A DNA stretch of 64,000 bases, from the NCBI GenBank assembly GCA_025456425.1, contig JALOKP010000008.1, forward strand, positions 552-64,551, given 5' to 3'. Below are positions 44,413-53,195 of this stretch, piece after piece. The notes beneath the pieces are model-generated. The model was given only the letters and a program-made list of their open reading frames with translations. It was not told the origin of the DNA and did no database searches. How positions within the stretch are numbered: position 1 is the first letter of the stretch; every line of letters starts with the position of its first letter. The stretch is from Acidobacteriota bacterium. Its GTDB lineage: Bacteria; Acidobacteriota; Polarisedimenticolia; J045. Both the position numbers and the translations under genes were made by a program.

Positions 44413-45431
44413 GCCTCGCCCCGCCGGCCGATGAACGAGTGGCCGGCCGCCTCGCGGTGGATCGCGCGCAGCACCGCCAGCGCGCCGCGCCCCAGCTGGG
44501 GCGCGATCCGCGCCGCCTCGAGGTCCTGGTCGGTGGCCGAGACGACCGTGTTGTCGGTGCAGAGTGCGACCGGGACGCCAGCCTCGAGGAAGCGCACGAT
44601 CGGGTGCGGCGCGCCCTTCGCGACCGCCCCCGTCTGGTAGTTGGAGCTGGGGCAGCACTCGATGCAGATCCGGTCGCGGGCCAGGCGCTTGAGCAGGGTG
44701 CGGTCGGCGACCGCGGTGCAGCCGTGCCCGATCCGCTGCGCGCCCAGCTCGTCCAGCGCCTGCCAGACGTAGTCGGGACCGGCCGCCTCGCCGGCGTGCA
44801 CCGTCAGCCCCAGCCCTCCCTTGCGCGCGATCTCGAAGGCCTCGCGGAAGAGGCGCGGCGGGTTGCCGTGCTCGGGGCCGGCGATGTCGAACCCCACCAC
44901 GCCGGTCCGCTCGTGCAGGTGCTCGGCCTCGGCGATCGCCTGGCGCGCCAGGATCTTCGCGATGTGCGGCCCGTGCTGGCGCATCGCGATCACGACCAGC
45001 CCGCAGCGCACGCCGGGGTGGGCCTTCTGGACGTGGTTGAAGCCGGAGAGCACGGCGCGGATCGCCTGGCGCACCGTCAGCCCGGCGTAGGTATGAATCA
45101 CCGGCGAGTAGCGCAGTTCGAGCACCTCGACCCGGTGCGCGACCGCCTCGCGGGTGATCGCGATCGCGGCCTCGCGAACGTTCTCGTAGAACTGGGTGAT
45201 CCAGAGCGGGTAGTGGAACTTGTCGAGGTAGGAGAGGAGCGAGCCTTCCTCTCCGGCCTGCAGCACGAGCCGCTGCCGCATCTCGTCGATCGTCTCGACC
45301 GGGTTGAGGCCGTGGCGCCGCAGCAGCCGCCACTGGGTGCGGAGCGGGATCGAGCCGTCGACGTGCTGGTGCAGCTCGACCTTGCGGAGCGAACGGATCG
45401 ACGCCGGGATCCCGGTGCGGCGGGCCGCCAT
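44409..45431 (-). CDS. add: Adenosine deaminase
   Basis: KVELHQHVDGS metal-binding motif, GLTVHAGE, CTDNTVVS (catalytic Asp region). Confidence 0.85.
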   Translation of the reverse strand: MAARRTGIPASIRSLRKVELHQHVDGSIPLRTQWRLLRRHGLNPVETIDEMRQRLVLQAGEEGSLLSYLDKFHYPLWITQFYENVREAAIAITREAVAHRVEVLELRYSPVIHTYAGLTVRQAIRAVLSGFNHVQKAHPGVRCGLVVIAMRQHGPHIAKILARQAIAEAEHLHERTGVVGFDIAGPEHGNPPRLFREAFEIARKGGLGLTVHAGEAAGPDYVWQALDELGAQRIGHGCTAVADRTLLKRLARDRICIECCPSSNYQTGAVAKGAPHPIVRFLEAGVPVALCTDNTVVSATDQDLEAARIAPQLGRGALAVLRAIHREAAGHSFIGRRGEA

Positions 45432-45435
45432 CGGC

Positions 45436-45699
45436 TCAGCGGTCCGCGGCTTCGCACCCGGCGGACGGGCCGTCCGGGGCGTGGTCCGCGCCGGGCGGCT
45501 CGACGGTCAGCAGCGCGGCCCAGCGCGGCCGCCCGGGTGGGGCGCCGACCAGCCGAAGATTCGCTGCACCCTGCCCGCAGTCGGTGCAGTCGGGGTTCGT
45601 CTGCCAGTGGTGGCGGAAGACGCAGTCCTTCATGTTGTACCAGACGCGGAACTTCCAGCAGTAGAAGTCGTCGCGTGGACCGCGCGGGCCGTACTGCAC
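45436..45699 (-). CDS. Small Cys/Trp-rich protein (87 aa)
   Basis: GGAGGTGAGCC-GTG start at 45699. Sequence VQYGPRGPRDDFYCWKFRVWYNMKDCVFRHHWQTNPDCTDCGQG. Local GC dip. No family recognised. Confidence 0.45.
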   Translation of the reverse strand: MQYGPRGPRDDFYCWKFRVWYNMKDCVFRHHWQTNPDCTDCGQGAANLRLVGAPPGRPRWAALLTVEPPGADHAPDGPSAGCEAADR

Positions 45700-45765
45700 C
45701 GGCTCACCTCCGGAACGGAACGGCAGGATAACAAACGGCCCGGTACGGGGCCAGAATGGGACGCG

Positions 45766-47151
45766 ATGACGGCGCCGCCTGCGAGCCGGGACCGCGCGCC
45801 CGCCCTGCGGCGGGCCGGAATCGCGTGCGCCGCGGCCCACGCGCTGATTGCGTGCTGGGCCTGGCTGCAGACGCTGCGCTTCGGGGCCGGCCAGGCCGAC
45901 GCCGTCGGCGCGGCCTACGCGCTGCTGCTCTCGGCGATCGCGGCCGGCGTCATCGCGACCGGGCCGGCGGTCGCGCGCCGCGGACCGCGGGCCGCCGCGG
46001 CCTGGCTCGCGGTCGCGGTTCTGGCGCTGCCGGTCGACGTCTGGCTCGCGCGGCGCTCGGCCGAGCCGCGTTTCCGCTACGAAGTCGCGCTCTCGAGCGG
46101 GCTCTACGAGGCGCCGGGCGGCGTCTTCCGCTGGAGCGTCACGCTAGCCGAGCCGTTCACCGCCGGGCACCACGCGCTGCTCCAGATCGAGCGGGACGGC
46201 CGCTCGACGACGCTGCCGCTCGCGCTGCGGCGCTCGCCGCGCGACAACGTCGCGGCGGGGGCGTGGGGCCTGGCGCTGCGACCGCTCGGTGGTGAGCGCT
46301 GGTGGATGGTGGCCGGGACCGGGTGGTCGCGCTCGGGGCCGCAGCACTTCCTGGTCGACTGGACGGGTGCCTCACCCCGGGTCGAGGAGGTGGCGCGCGG
46401 GCTCGCGATCGCGGACGGCCGGGCACGCTGGGACTGCGCGGCGTGGGGGGGGACCGCGCGCGAGGAGCCGACCGCGGAGACCGTCTGCCGGCTCGACGGG
46501 ACGCTCCCTCCGGTCCGGGCCTGCCAGCTCGAGCGGATGGCCGCCGCGTGCGGCGAAGCGATCGCTCCCGCCGCGGGCTGCCAACCGGAGCTCGCGGGGG
46601 AACTGCCGGCAGTGACGGCCTGCCTCGAGCGGCGCGCCCGGGGGGGCGACCCGCTGGCCTGGGACGCGCTCGTGCTGGCCACGGCGGTGGCGCGCGAGAG
46701 CGCCGCGCTCTACGCCCTGCTGACGCGCGCTCGAGCGGCCGAGCAGCCGAGCGATCCGGCCTGTGCGGCGCTGCGCCACGGGGCGCGCCAGCTCGCGGCG
46801 GGCCGCCAGCTCGGGCGCTGGTGGGAGTGGGTGCGGCTCGACGGCGCGGACAACCTGCTGGCCGCGCGCAACCTGCCGGGGGCTGCGGGACGGGACTGCC
46901 CGGCGCTCGAGCCGGTCGCGGCGGAGCTGGCACTCGACGGTCCGGCGCTGGCCTGGGACGCGGTTCAGAGCGCTCGCGCCGCAGGGCGGGGGGACGACGC
47001 CTGCGCGCGCGTTGCGGCGATGGCCGGGCGCGGCGATCTCGACCGGCTCGCGCCCCCCGCGCGGGAGGCGGCGCGGGCCTGGAACGCGGCCTGCGCCGCG
47101 CGCCGCCCGCCGCCGGAGGTCACTCCCGGCGCCGCGCCGCGCGCGCCCTGA
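45766..47151 (+). CDS. Membrane-anchored Cys-rich hypothetical protein
   Basis: ATG at 45766. About 3 N-terminal TM helices, then a 330-aa domain with more than 10 Cys. No family recognised. Confidence 0.45.
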   Translation: MTAPPASRDRAPALRRAGIACAAAHALIACWAWLQTLRFGAGQADAVGAAYALLLSAIAAGVIATGPAVARRGPRAAAAWLAVAVLALPVDVWLARRSAEPRFRYEVALSSGLYEAPGGVFRWSVTLAEPFTAGHHALLQIERDGRSTTLPLALRRSPRDNVAAGAWGLALRPLGGERWWMVAGTGWSRSGPQHFLVDWTGASPRVEEVARGLAIADGRARWDCAAWGGTAREEPTAETVCRLDGTLPPVRACQLERMAAACGEAIAPAAGCQPELAGELPAVTACLERRARGGDPLAWDALVLATAVARESAALYALLTRARAAEQPSDPACAALRHGARQLAAGRQLGRWWEWVRLDGADNLLAARNLPGAAGRDCPALEPVAAELALDGPALAWDAVQSARAAGRGDDACARVAAMAGRGDLDRLAPPAREAARAWNAACAARRPPPEVTPGAAPRAP

Positions 47152-47359
47152 GGAGCCGGAGGATCTCGTCCTCACCCGGGAAATCGCCGGACTCGTGCTT
47201 GCTGAACACCAGCTCGCCGTCGGCGAGGATGTCGAACACGCCACCCGAACCACCGACCAGCTCGGGCTCGGCTCCGACCTCGGCCCGGATCTTCGCCGCG
47301 AGACCCGCGGCGCGGGGGAGGTAGTTTCAAGCGGTGCAGTAGACGATCCGGACCTTCAT
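47120..47359 (-). CDS. Rdx/SelW-like selenoprotein (CxxU; TGA at 47327-47329 read as Sec)
   Basis: Hand translation: MKVRIVYCTA-U-NYLPRAAGLAAKIRAEVGAEPELVGGSGGVFDILADGELVFSKHESGDFPGEDEILRLL..., 79 codons. GGAGG lies 9 nt before the ATG. Absent from the ORF track because of the TGA. Confidence 0.8.
47294..47312 (-). ncRNA. Candidate bacterial SECIS hairpin
   Basis: On the mRNA, CGCCGCG-GGUCU-CGCGGCG (7-bp stem, GGUCU loop) starts 15 nt after the UGA. Confidence 0.55.
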
Positions 47360-47401
47360 GGGGCGGAGCCTCCGAGCGGGACGGACGGATCGTACCGCGG
47401 A

Positions 47402-48337
47402 TCAGCGCGGGGCGAGCAGGCGCTCCGGCGCGAGGGCCACCGTCCGGTTCCGCCCCTGGGCCTTGGCCCGGTAGAGCGCCTGGTCGGCCGCCCGAAGCAG
47501 GTCTTCCGGATCGACCGTGGTCGACGGTTGGAGCGCGGCGACGCCGACGCTGATCGTGACCACCCCCCACGGGCAGTTCTCGGGGTGGACGATCCCCAGC
47601 CGCTCGACCGCGGCCCGCAGGCGGTCCGCCACGATCCCCGCCCCGGCCTCGTCGGTCTCCGGGAAGGTGCAGCAGAACTCCTCGCCGCCGTACCGGAACG
47701 ACTGGTCGGCGGTCCGCACCGTCTCGTCGATCGCGGCCGCGACGGCACGCAACGCGATGTCGCCGGCCTCGTGCCCGAAGCGGTCGTTGTAGGCCTTGAA
47801 GCGGTCGATGTCGAGCATCGCCACCGAAAGGAAGCGGTGGAACCGCCGGGCCGTCTCGAACGCCCGCGGGAACTCCTCGTCGAAGTTCCGCCGGTTGCCG
47901 ATCCCGGTCAGCCCGTCGACCCGCGTCATCCGCTCGAGCAGCAGGTTCTTTTCCTGCAACGCGGCCTGCAGGTCGAGGATCCGGCGGCCGGCGGTCAGCC
48001 GCGCCGTGAGCTCGTCGCGGTGCCAGGGCTTGGCGATGAAGTCGTCGGCCCCGGCCTCGAGCGCCTCGGCGGCGTCGCGGCTCTCCGAGCGCGAGGTCAG
48101 CAGGATCACGTAGACGTAGCGGCCCAACTCGCTCCCGCGGATCTTCTCGACGAGCTGCAGGCCGTCCATCTCGGGCATCATCCAGTCGGTCACGACGAGA
48201 CCGATCTGCTCGGCGCGCAGCACGTCCCAGGCCTCGCGCCCGTCGGCGGCGGCGACGACGTCGTAGCCCATTCGCGAGATGGCCGCGCTGAGCATGCGCC
48301 GGGAGACCGGCTCGTCTTCGACGACTAGGACGCGCAT
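47402..48337 (-). CDS. Response regulator-diguanylate cyclase (REC + GGDEF)
   Basis: ATG at 48337 (MRVLVVEDEP...DWMMPEMDG). GGDEF domain with RYGGEEF active site. Confidence 0.9.
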   Translation of the reverse strand: MRVLVVEDEPVSRRMLSAAISRMGYDVVAAADGREAWDVLRAEQIGLVVTDWMMPEMDGLQLVEKIRGSELGRYVYVILLTSRSESRDAAEALEAGADDFIAKPWHRDELTARLTAGRRILDLQAALQEKNLLLERMTRVDGLTGIGNRRNFDEEFPRAFETARRFHRFLSVAMLDIDRFKAYNDRFGHEAGDIALRAVAAAIDETVRTADQSFRYGGEEFCCTFPETDEAGAGIVADRLRAAVERLGIVHPENCPWGVVTISVGVAALQPSTTVDPEDLLRAADQALYRAKAQGRNRTVALAPERLLAPR

Positions 48338-48690
48338 CAGGCCTCGAAGCTCCTCGTGAAGTCGGCGACCCGCTCGAGCTCGGCCGCGAGTTCCCCCGCG
48401 AGTTCCGCCAGCCCCGTGCCGTCGCCAGCGCGTCCGCGGCTCTCGATCGCCCAGGCCAGGGCGCGGGCGCGCTCCGCGGCCAGGTTCGCGGCCGCGCCCT
48501 TGATGCTGTGGGCGATGCTCGCGACCTGCGTCAGGTCGCCCCCCGAGAGCGCCGCCTCGAGATGGACCAGGCGCTGGCGGGCGTCGTCGAGAAAAAGGTC
48601 GAGCAGCTCGCGGTAGAAGGCGCGATCGTCGCCCGCCCGGGCCAGGCCATCGGCAAGATCGATGGGGCAAACTTCGGCCGACACCGTCAT
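48337..48690 (-). CDS. Hpt (histidine phosphotransfer) domain protein
   Basis: HSIKGAAANL phospho-His motif. Start is either 48690 (MTVSAEV) or 48756. Its stop overlaps the REC-GGDEF start. Confidence 0.75.
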   Translation of the reverse strand: MTVSAEVCPIDLADGLARAGDDRAFYRELLDLFLDDARQRLVHLEAALSGGDLTQVASIAHSIKGAAANLAAERARALAWAIESRGRAGDGTGLAELAGELAAELERVADFTRSFEA

Positions 48691-48871
48691 CCCTGTCCCC
48701 TCGACCGGAACGGGCCCGGGCCGGTCGGTTGGTCGCCCGTCCCCCGACGGGCTCACCTCGGAATCTAGGCACCGGAAGGCGTTCAGCCCAGTCCGGCGTT
48801 GCGTTTATCCGGGGGGTCCCCAGAATGACCCGGACGCCCGGCCCTGGCGGGCCCGGCGGGGAGCCCCGGCC

Positions 48872-49267
48872 GTGCCCCTGACCCCGTCCCGAGACCTCGA
48901 GACCGTCCCGAACCCCGCTCCGGACCGCCCCTACCGGATCCGGATGGTCGCCCCCGAGTTCACCTGCCTGTGCCCCCGTACCGGCCAACCGGACTTCGCC
49001 GCGATCGAGATCGACTACGTGCCGGGCCCACGGCTTGTCGAGCTGAAGTCGCTCAAGCGGTACCTCTGGTCCTGGCGCGACGAGGGGATCTTCCACGAGG
49101 CGGTGACCAACCGGGTCCTCGAGGACCTGGTCCAGGCGCTCGACCCGGCCTGGTTGCGGGTCACGGGTCACTTCAAGGTGCGGGGCGGGATCACCACCGT
49201 GATCGCCGCCCAGCACGGGATCCCCCCGGCGGGGATGCCCGATTGCCCGCTCCCCCAGGGGGACTGA
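48872..49267 (+). CDS. queF: NADPH-dependent 7-cyano-7-deazaguanine reductase
   Basis: GTG at 48872. QueF motifs EFTCLCPRTGQPDF and ELKSLKRYLWSW. Confidence 0.85.
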   Translation: MPLTPSRDLETVPNPAPDRPYRIRMVAPEFTCLCPRTGQPDFAAIEIDYVPGPRLVELKSLKRYLWSWRDEGIFHEAVTNRVLEDLVQALDPAWLRVTGHFKVRGGITTVIAAQHGIPPAGMPDCPLPQGD

Positions 49268-49273
49268 AGCGCC

Positions 49274-49570
49274 ATGGCCACGCCGCGGGTACGCGCGATC
49301 GAGCTGTTTCCCAACGGCGAAGTCGGGATCGCGTGGGAGGACGGCCGGGAGGACTACCTCGGGGCCCGGGCGCTCCGGCTGGCCTGCCCCTGCGCCCAGT
49401 GCGTAGACGAACTGACGGGCGAGAAGCGGCTCGACCCGGCCCGGGTCCCGGCCGCGCTGCGGGCGCTGCACTGGGCGCCGATCGGGCACTACGCCGTCCA
49501 GTTCCGCTGGTCCGACGGGCACGACACGGGGCTCTTCACCTTCGAGTATCTGCGCGGGCTCGGGCGCTGA
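49274..49570 (+). CDS. DUF971-family protein
   Basis: 98 aa. Motifs ACPCAQCVDE and YAVQFRWSDGHDTGLFTFEYL, typical of DUF971. Confidence 0.7.
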   Translation: MATPRVRAIELFPNGEVGIAWEDGREDYLGARALRLACPCAQCVDELTGEKRLDPARVPAALRALHWAPIGHYAVQFRWSDGHDTGLFTFEYLRGLGR

Positions 49571-49622
49571 CCCCGGGCCGCGCGCGGGACCGGCCGGGGG
49601 CCGGCCCCGCGCGCGGAGGGGA

Positions 49623-49964
49623 TCAACGCGCCGGGGCCACTACCGGCGGCGCCGGCACGGGCAGCCAGAGCAAAATGGCCGGCGCTCCCGGGACGAGCGC
49701 GCCGAGGGGCAGCGCTGCCGGAAGCGGCACGGCGCACGACGCCGTCTGGCTTCCCGGGGGGTTTCGCCGCAGGTCGCGGATCGCGACCGGCCACGGGCTT
49801 CCAGAATCGCCCCCGAAGATCTCGGGGTCGATGTTCGGGTTGTCCGACATGTTCGGCGACCCGAGGCCGTTCGGCGGCCGTTCCCCGGCCAGGGCCGGGA
49901 AGGGGAAGGCGAGCAGCGCCGCGGCCAGCAGCAGCCACGGGACGAAGCGGAGCGTGGATCTCAT
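49623..49964 (-). CDS. Small secreted protein (113 aa) translationally coupled to the HTH-TPR regulator
   Basis: ATG at 49964 overlaps the regulator stop (ATGA). Signal peptide MRSTLRFVPWLLLAAALLAFPFPALAGE. Pro-rich hydrophobic C-terminus. Confidence 0.5.
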   Translation of the reverse strand: MRSTLRFVPWLLLAAALLAFPFPALAGERPPNGLGSPNMSDNPNIDPEIFGGDSGSPWPVAIRDLRRNPPGSQTASCAVPLPAALPLGALVPGAPAILLWLPVPAPPVVAPAR

Positions 49965-51148
49965 CGACGGGCCTCCTTTACGGGCACGGGCGCCGGTTCG
50001 GCGTGACCGCGCGGATCGAGCAGCGGGCGCACGTCGTCGGCGCCCGGCGGGTAGGACTCGAGGAACCGGACGACCTGGCGCAGCGCGCGGAGCGCGGCGC
50101 GGGCCTCGGCCTGGTCGTGCTCGCGCACGCCCAGCCGCCAGAGTTCCAGGTAGACGTCGAACAGCTCGGGTGCGAGGTCGAGCTTGCGGGCGAGCCGGCG
50201 GGCCTGGGCCAGCAGCGCGCGGGCGGAATCGCCGCGGCGGCGCTGGGCCTCGGTCCGCGACTCCTCGACCAGCGCCTGCACGACCGCCTGGGACAGCCCG
50301 CGGGCTTCGGCCACCGCACGGGCGCGCCGGGCCCAGTCGGCGGCCTGCGCCAGCCGGCCGCGCCGCCGCTCGATCGCGGCCAGCGCGGTCATCCCCGCCG
50401 CTTCCAGCTGCGGTTCGCCGGCGCGCCGGGCTCCGTCGACCGCCTGCAGCCAGGCCTCGAGCGCCGCGTCGAGCTGGCCGTCGGACTCGAGGCACTGCGC
50501 GTGCAGCGCCGGAGCGCCGGCTTCGACTTCGGCCGGCCACGGCCGTGGCAGCTCGCGCAGCGCAGCGTGCGCCGCGCGGGCCAGCAACGGCTGCCCCAGG
50601 CCGAACGCGACCCGCGCGACCAGGAACAGCGTCCAGGCCCGGTCCTCCGGCGAGAGCGCCTCGGTCGTGAGGTCGTCGAGCAGCGCGCGTGCCGCGTGGA
50701 AGCGCCCCGCCGCGGCCAGCGCGCGTGCCGCGCCGATCCGGCAGCGGGCGCGCGGACGGGGATCGCCCGCCTCGAGTGCGCGCAACTCGGCCTGCTCGTA
50801 CAGGAGCAGGGCCCGCGGGATCTCGCCCGCCAGCCCGGCCTGCCGCGCGCGCGCGAGCAGGTCGTCGAGCGGCCACTGCTCGAGCCCCTCCTGTTCGAGC
50901 CGCGCCAGCTCGTGCGACAACTCGAGCCGCTCCGCGAGCAGCCCGAGCCGCACGCGAAAGAGCCTCGAGAGCGCCATGAGCTTGAGCGCGGAGACCCGGG
51001 CCTTCCCGTTCTCGAGACGCGAGAGCAGCGAGCGCGTGATCGGTTCCGGCTCCTGCATCGTCAGCCGCTCGACATCCTCGAGCGTCAGCCGTCGCGACTC
51101 TCGAAGGGCCCGGATGTAGCTCCCGAACCGCTTCGATCCTGCAACCAC
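49961..51148 (-). CDS. XRE-family HTH transcriptional regulator with a TPR-like domain
   Basis: N-terminal HTH_3 (FGSYIRALRESRRLTLEDVERLT...SLLSRLENG), then about 300 aa of TPR-like helical repeats. Confidence 0.75.
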   Translation of the reverse strand: MVAGSKRFGSYIRALRESRRLTLEDVERLTMQEPEPITRSLLSRLENGKARVSALKLMALSRLFRVRLGLLAERLELSHELARLEQEGLEQWPLDDLLARARQAGLAGEIPRALLLYEQAELRALEAGDPRPRARCRIGAARALAAAGRFHAARALLDDLTTEALSPEDRAWTLFLVARVAFGLGQPLLARAAHAALRELPRPWPAEVEAGAPALHAQCLESDGQLDAALEAWLQAVDGARRAGEPQLEAAGMTALAAIERRRGRLAQAADWARRARAVAEARGLSQAVVQALVEESRTEAQRRRGDSARALLAQARRLARKLDLAPELFDVYLELWRLGVREHDQAEARAALRALRQVVRFLESYPPGADDVRPLLDPRGHAEPAPVPVKEARR

Positions 51149-51504
51149 CTGTCCTCCTTTCCCGGGCGGCGGCGACGGCGCCCCCCAACCTGGCGCCCAG
51201 GTCCACCCGGAGACGGGAGAGGGTTACGCGGAAGGCCCGTGCGGAACGACCGGATTGCGCAGGGATCGGGGCGATGGCCACGGGGATTCCCCAAGCCCGC
51301 GCGGCGGCGGGACCGAGGGGATCTCAGCGACGCAACGCGCCTGCGGCGCCTCGCGACGCGAAGGCGGCGACAGGGGCCGAACGGCGGTGGAGCGGGAGAA
51401 TGCGCGAACGAGGACGCGGTGCGAGGGCGGGCCGGGGCCCGGCGGGGGGTCGAGCGGGGAATGGGGGCGGCGCCACCCCGGGAAGAGACGGCGCCGCCTC
51501 CGGG

Positions 51505-51744
51505 TCAGACCTGCTCTTCCGCCTGGTGCAGCTTCTCGCGGACCTTGTCGCGGACCCGCTCGCCGACCTGGCTGAGCTTCTCGCCGGCCTTGCCGTACTT
51601 CTCCGAGGCCCAGCGGCCTACGTGCTCGCGGGTGTCGCGCCCGCTCTTCGGTGCGGTCAGGAGCGCGATCCCGGCGCCGACCAGGCCGCCGAGAATGAAC
51701 GCCCCGAGAATGGCCAGACCGCCCGACCCACGATCGTCGTCCAT
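51505..51744 (-). CDS. YtxH-domain protein
   Basis: GAFILGGLVGAGIALLTAPKSGRDTRE is the YtxH signature. Confidence 0.7.
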   Translation of the reverse strand: MDDDRGSGGLAILGAFILGGLVGAGIALLTAPKSGRDTREHVGRWASEKYGKAGEKLSQVGERVRDKVREKLHQAEEQV

Positions 51745-51745
51745 G

Positions 51746-52111
51746 TCACTTCCTCCTTGATTGAGCGTCGGTGCGGGGTTTCTTGAACATCCAGCGTACG
51801 ACTTTGTACGCCGTGAGCAACCCGGCCACCAGCGGGGTCCGGCTCCGGAGCGACGCCACGGCGCCCTCCATCTCGCTCGCGAGCGGCGGCAGGAGCCGCA
51901 GCGTGTCGCTGGCGCGCGCTACCGACTCGCTCGTCTTGCGGGCGTTCGCCAGCGTCACCTCGAGGTCCGGAGTCAGCCGGGCGAGCGTCGTGCGCAGTTC
52001 CTGCACGGCGCGGCGCGCCTCGACGATCAGCTGGACGAGGTAGACCGTGAGCACGGCCAGGAGCGCGACGACCACGGCGGCCAGGAGGATCCACAGCACC
52101 GAAGTGTCCAT
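51746..52111 (-). CDS. DUF948-like membrane protein
   Basis: ATG at 52111. N-terminal TM helix (VLWILLAAVVVALLAVLTVYLV) followed by a helical region. Paired with the YtxH gene. Confidence 0.55.
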   Translation of the reverse strand: MDTSVLWILLAAVVVALLAVLTVYLVQLIVEARRAVQELRTTLARLTPDLEVTLANARKTSESVARASDTLRLLPPLASEMEGAVASLRSRTPLVAGLLTAYKVVRWMFKKPRTDAQSRRK

Positions 52112-52214
52112 GGCGACTTTGTACCACGCCCGGCAACCCCCTGTCACCGCGCCGGATCGCGTCCGGCGCGCCGGGCTAGCTCGCCGCGGCAGGCAGGTTA
52201 GAATCACCGCCTCG

Positions 52215-53195
52215 ATGAGCGATCGTCCCTGCGGATCCCCCGGACACGAGATCGTCGTGGCCTGCGCTTCGCCCGCCGACGCCGGACTGGCGCCGGCGCT
52301 GGCCCGCGTCCCGGGGGTGCGCTTCGTCGAGCATCCGCCGCTGTCCGGGCCCGCGCTCGCGGCCGCGGCGGCGGCGGCCGACGTGCTGGTCACGCGCGCC
52401 TGGCAGCGGATCGACGGCGCGGTCCTGGAAGCGGGCGAGGGGCGCCTTCGGGCCGTCGTGCAGGGTTCGGCCGGGCTCGACAACATCGACCTCGAAGCGG
52501 CGGCGCGCCGTGGGATCGAGGTCGTCGCGGTCGATCCCGGGAACGCGACCGGCGTCGCGGAGCTGACGCTGCTCTCGCTGATCGCGCTGTGGCGCGGGCT
52601 GCCGGCCCACTGGGCGGCGACGGCGCGTGGAGCGTGGCCCGACCGCGAGCGGCTGCCCGACCGCGAGATCGCCGGCAAGACGCTCGGCCTGGTCGGCCTC
52701 GGCCGCGTCGGATCGCGCGTCAGCCGGCGCGCCCGGGCCTGCGAGATGAAGGTGCTGGCGGTCGATCCCTACATCCCGCAGCGGGCATTCGACGAGGCCG
52801 GCGCCGAGCGGGTCGCGGCGCTCGACGACCTGCTCGCGCGCTGCGACGCGCTCAGCCTGCACTGCCCGCTGACGGCCGAGACGCGCGGGATGGTCGGCGC
52901 CGCGGAGCTGGCGCGCTTGCGCGCGGGGGCGATCCTCGTCAACACCGCGCGCGGCGGGATCGTCGACGAGGCCGCGCTGGCGGCGGTGCTGGAGGACGGT
53001 CGGCTGGCGGGCGCGGCGCTCGACGTCTTCGAGCGCGAGCCGGTCGCCGTGCCGGGGATCGCGACGCACCCGCGCGTGCTCGCCACGCCGCACCTGGCCG
53101 GGCACACCGTCGAATCGCACCGCGCCCGCGCGCGGAACCTGGCCGAGGCGCTCGGCGCGCTCGTGACGCGGCTGGCGGTCGGGAGGACGCCGTGA
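52215..53195 (+). CDS. D-isomer-specific 2-hydroxyacid dehydrogenase (SerA-like)
   Basis: ATG at 52215. NAD-binding GLVGLGRVGSRV, and catalytic region NTARGGIVDE...LDVFE...PHLAGHT. Confidence 0.8.
   Translation: MSDRPCGSPGHEIVVACASPADAGLAPALARVPGVRFVEHPPLSGPALAAAAAAADVLVTRAWQRIDGAVLEAGEGRLRAVVQGSAGLDNIDLEAAARRGIEVVAVDPGNATGVAELTLLSLIALWRGLPAHWAATARGAWPDRERLPDREIAGKTLGLVGLGRVGSRVSRRARACEMKVLAVDPYIPQRAFDEAGAERVAALDDLLARCDALSLHCPLTAETRGMVGAAELARLRAGAILVNTARGGIVDEAALAAVLEDGRLAGAALDVFEREPVAVPGIATHPRVLATPHLAGHTVESHRARARNLAEALGALVTRLAVGRTP

Noticed and set aside
48757-48871. Looked for a preQ1 riboswitch upstream of queF
   Set aside because: I saw no short hairpin followed by an A-rich tail of the kind I associate with preQ1-I/II aptamers in the 115-bp leader. 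A covariance search would be needed to be sure.
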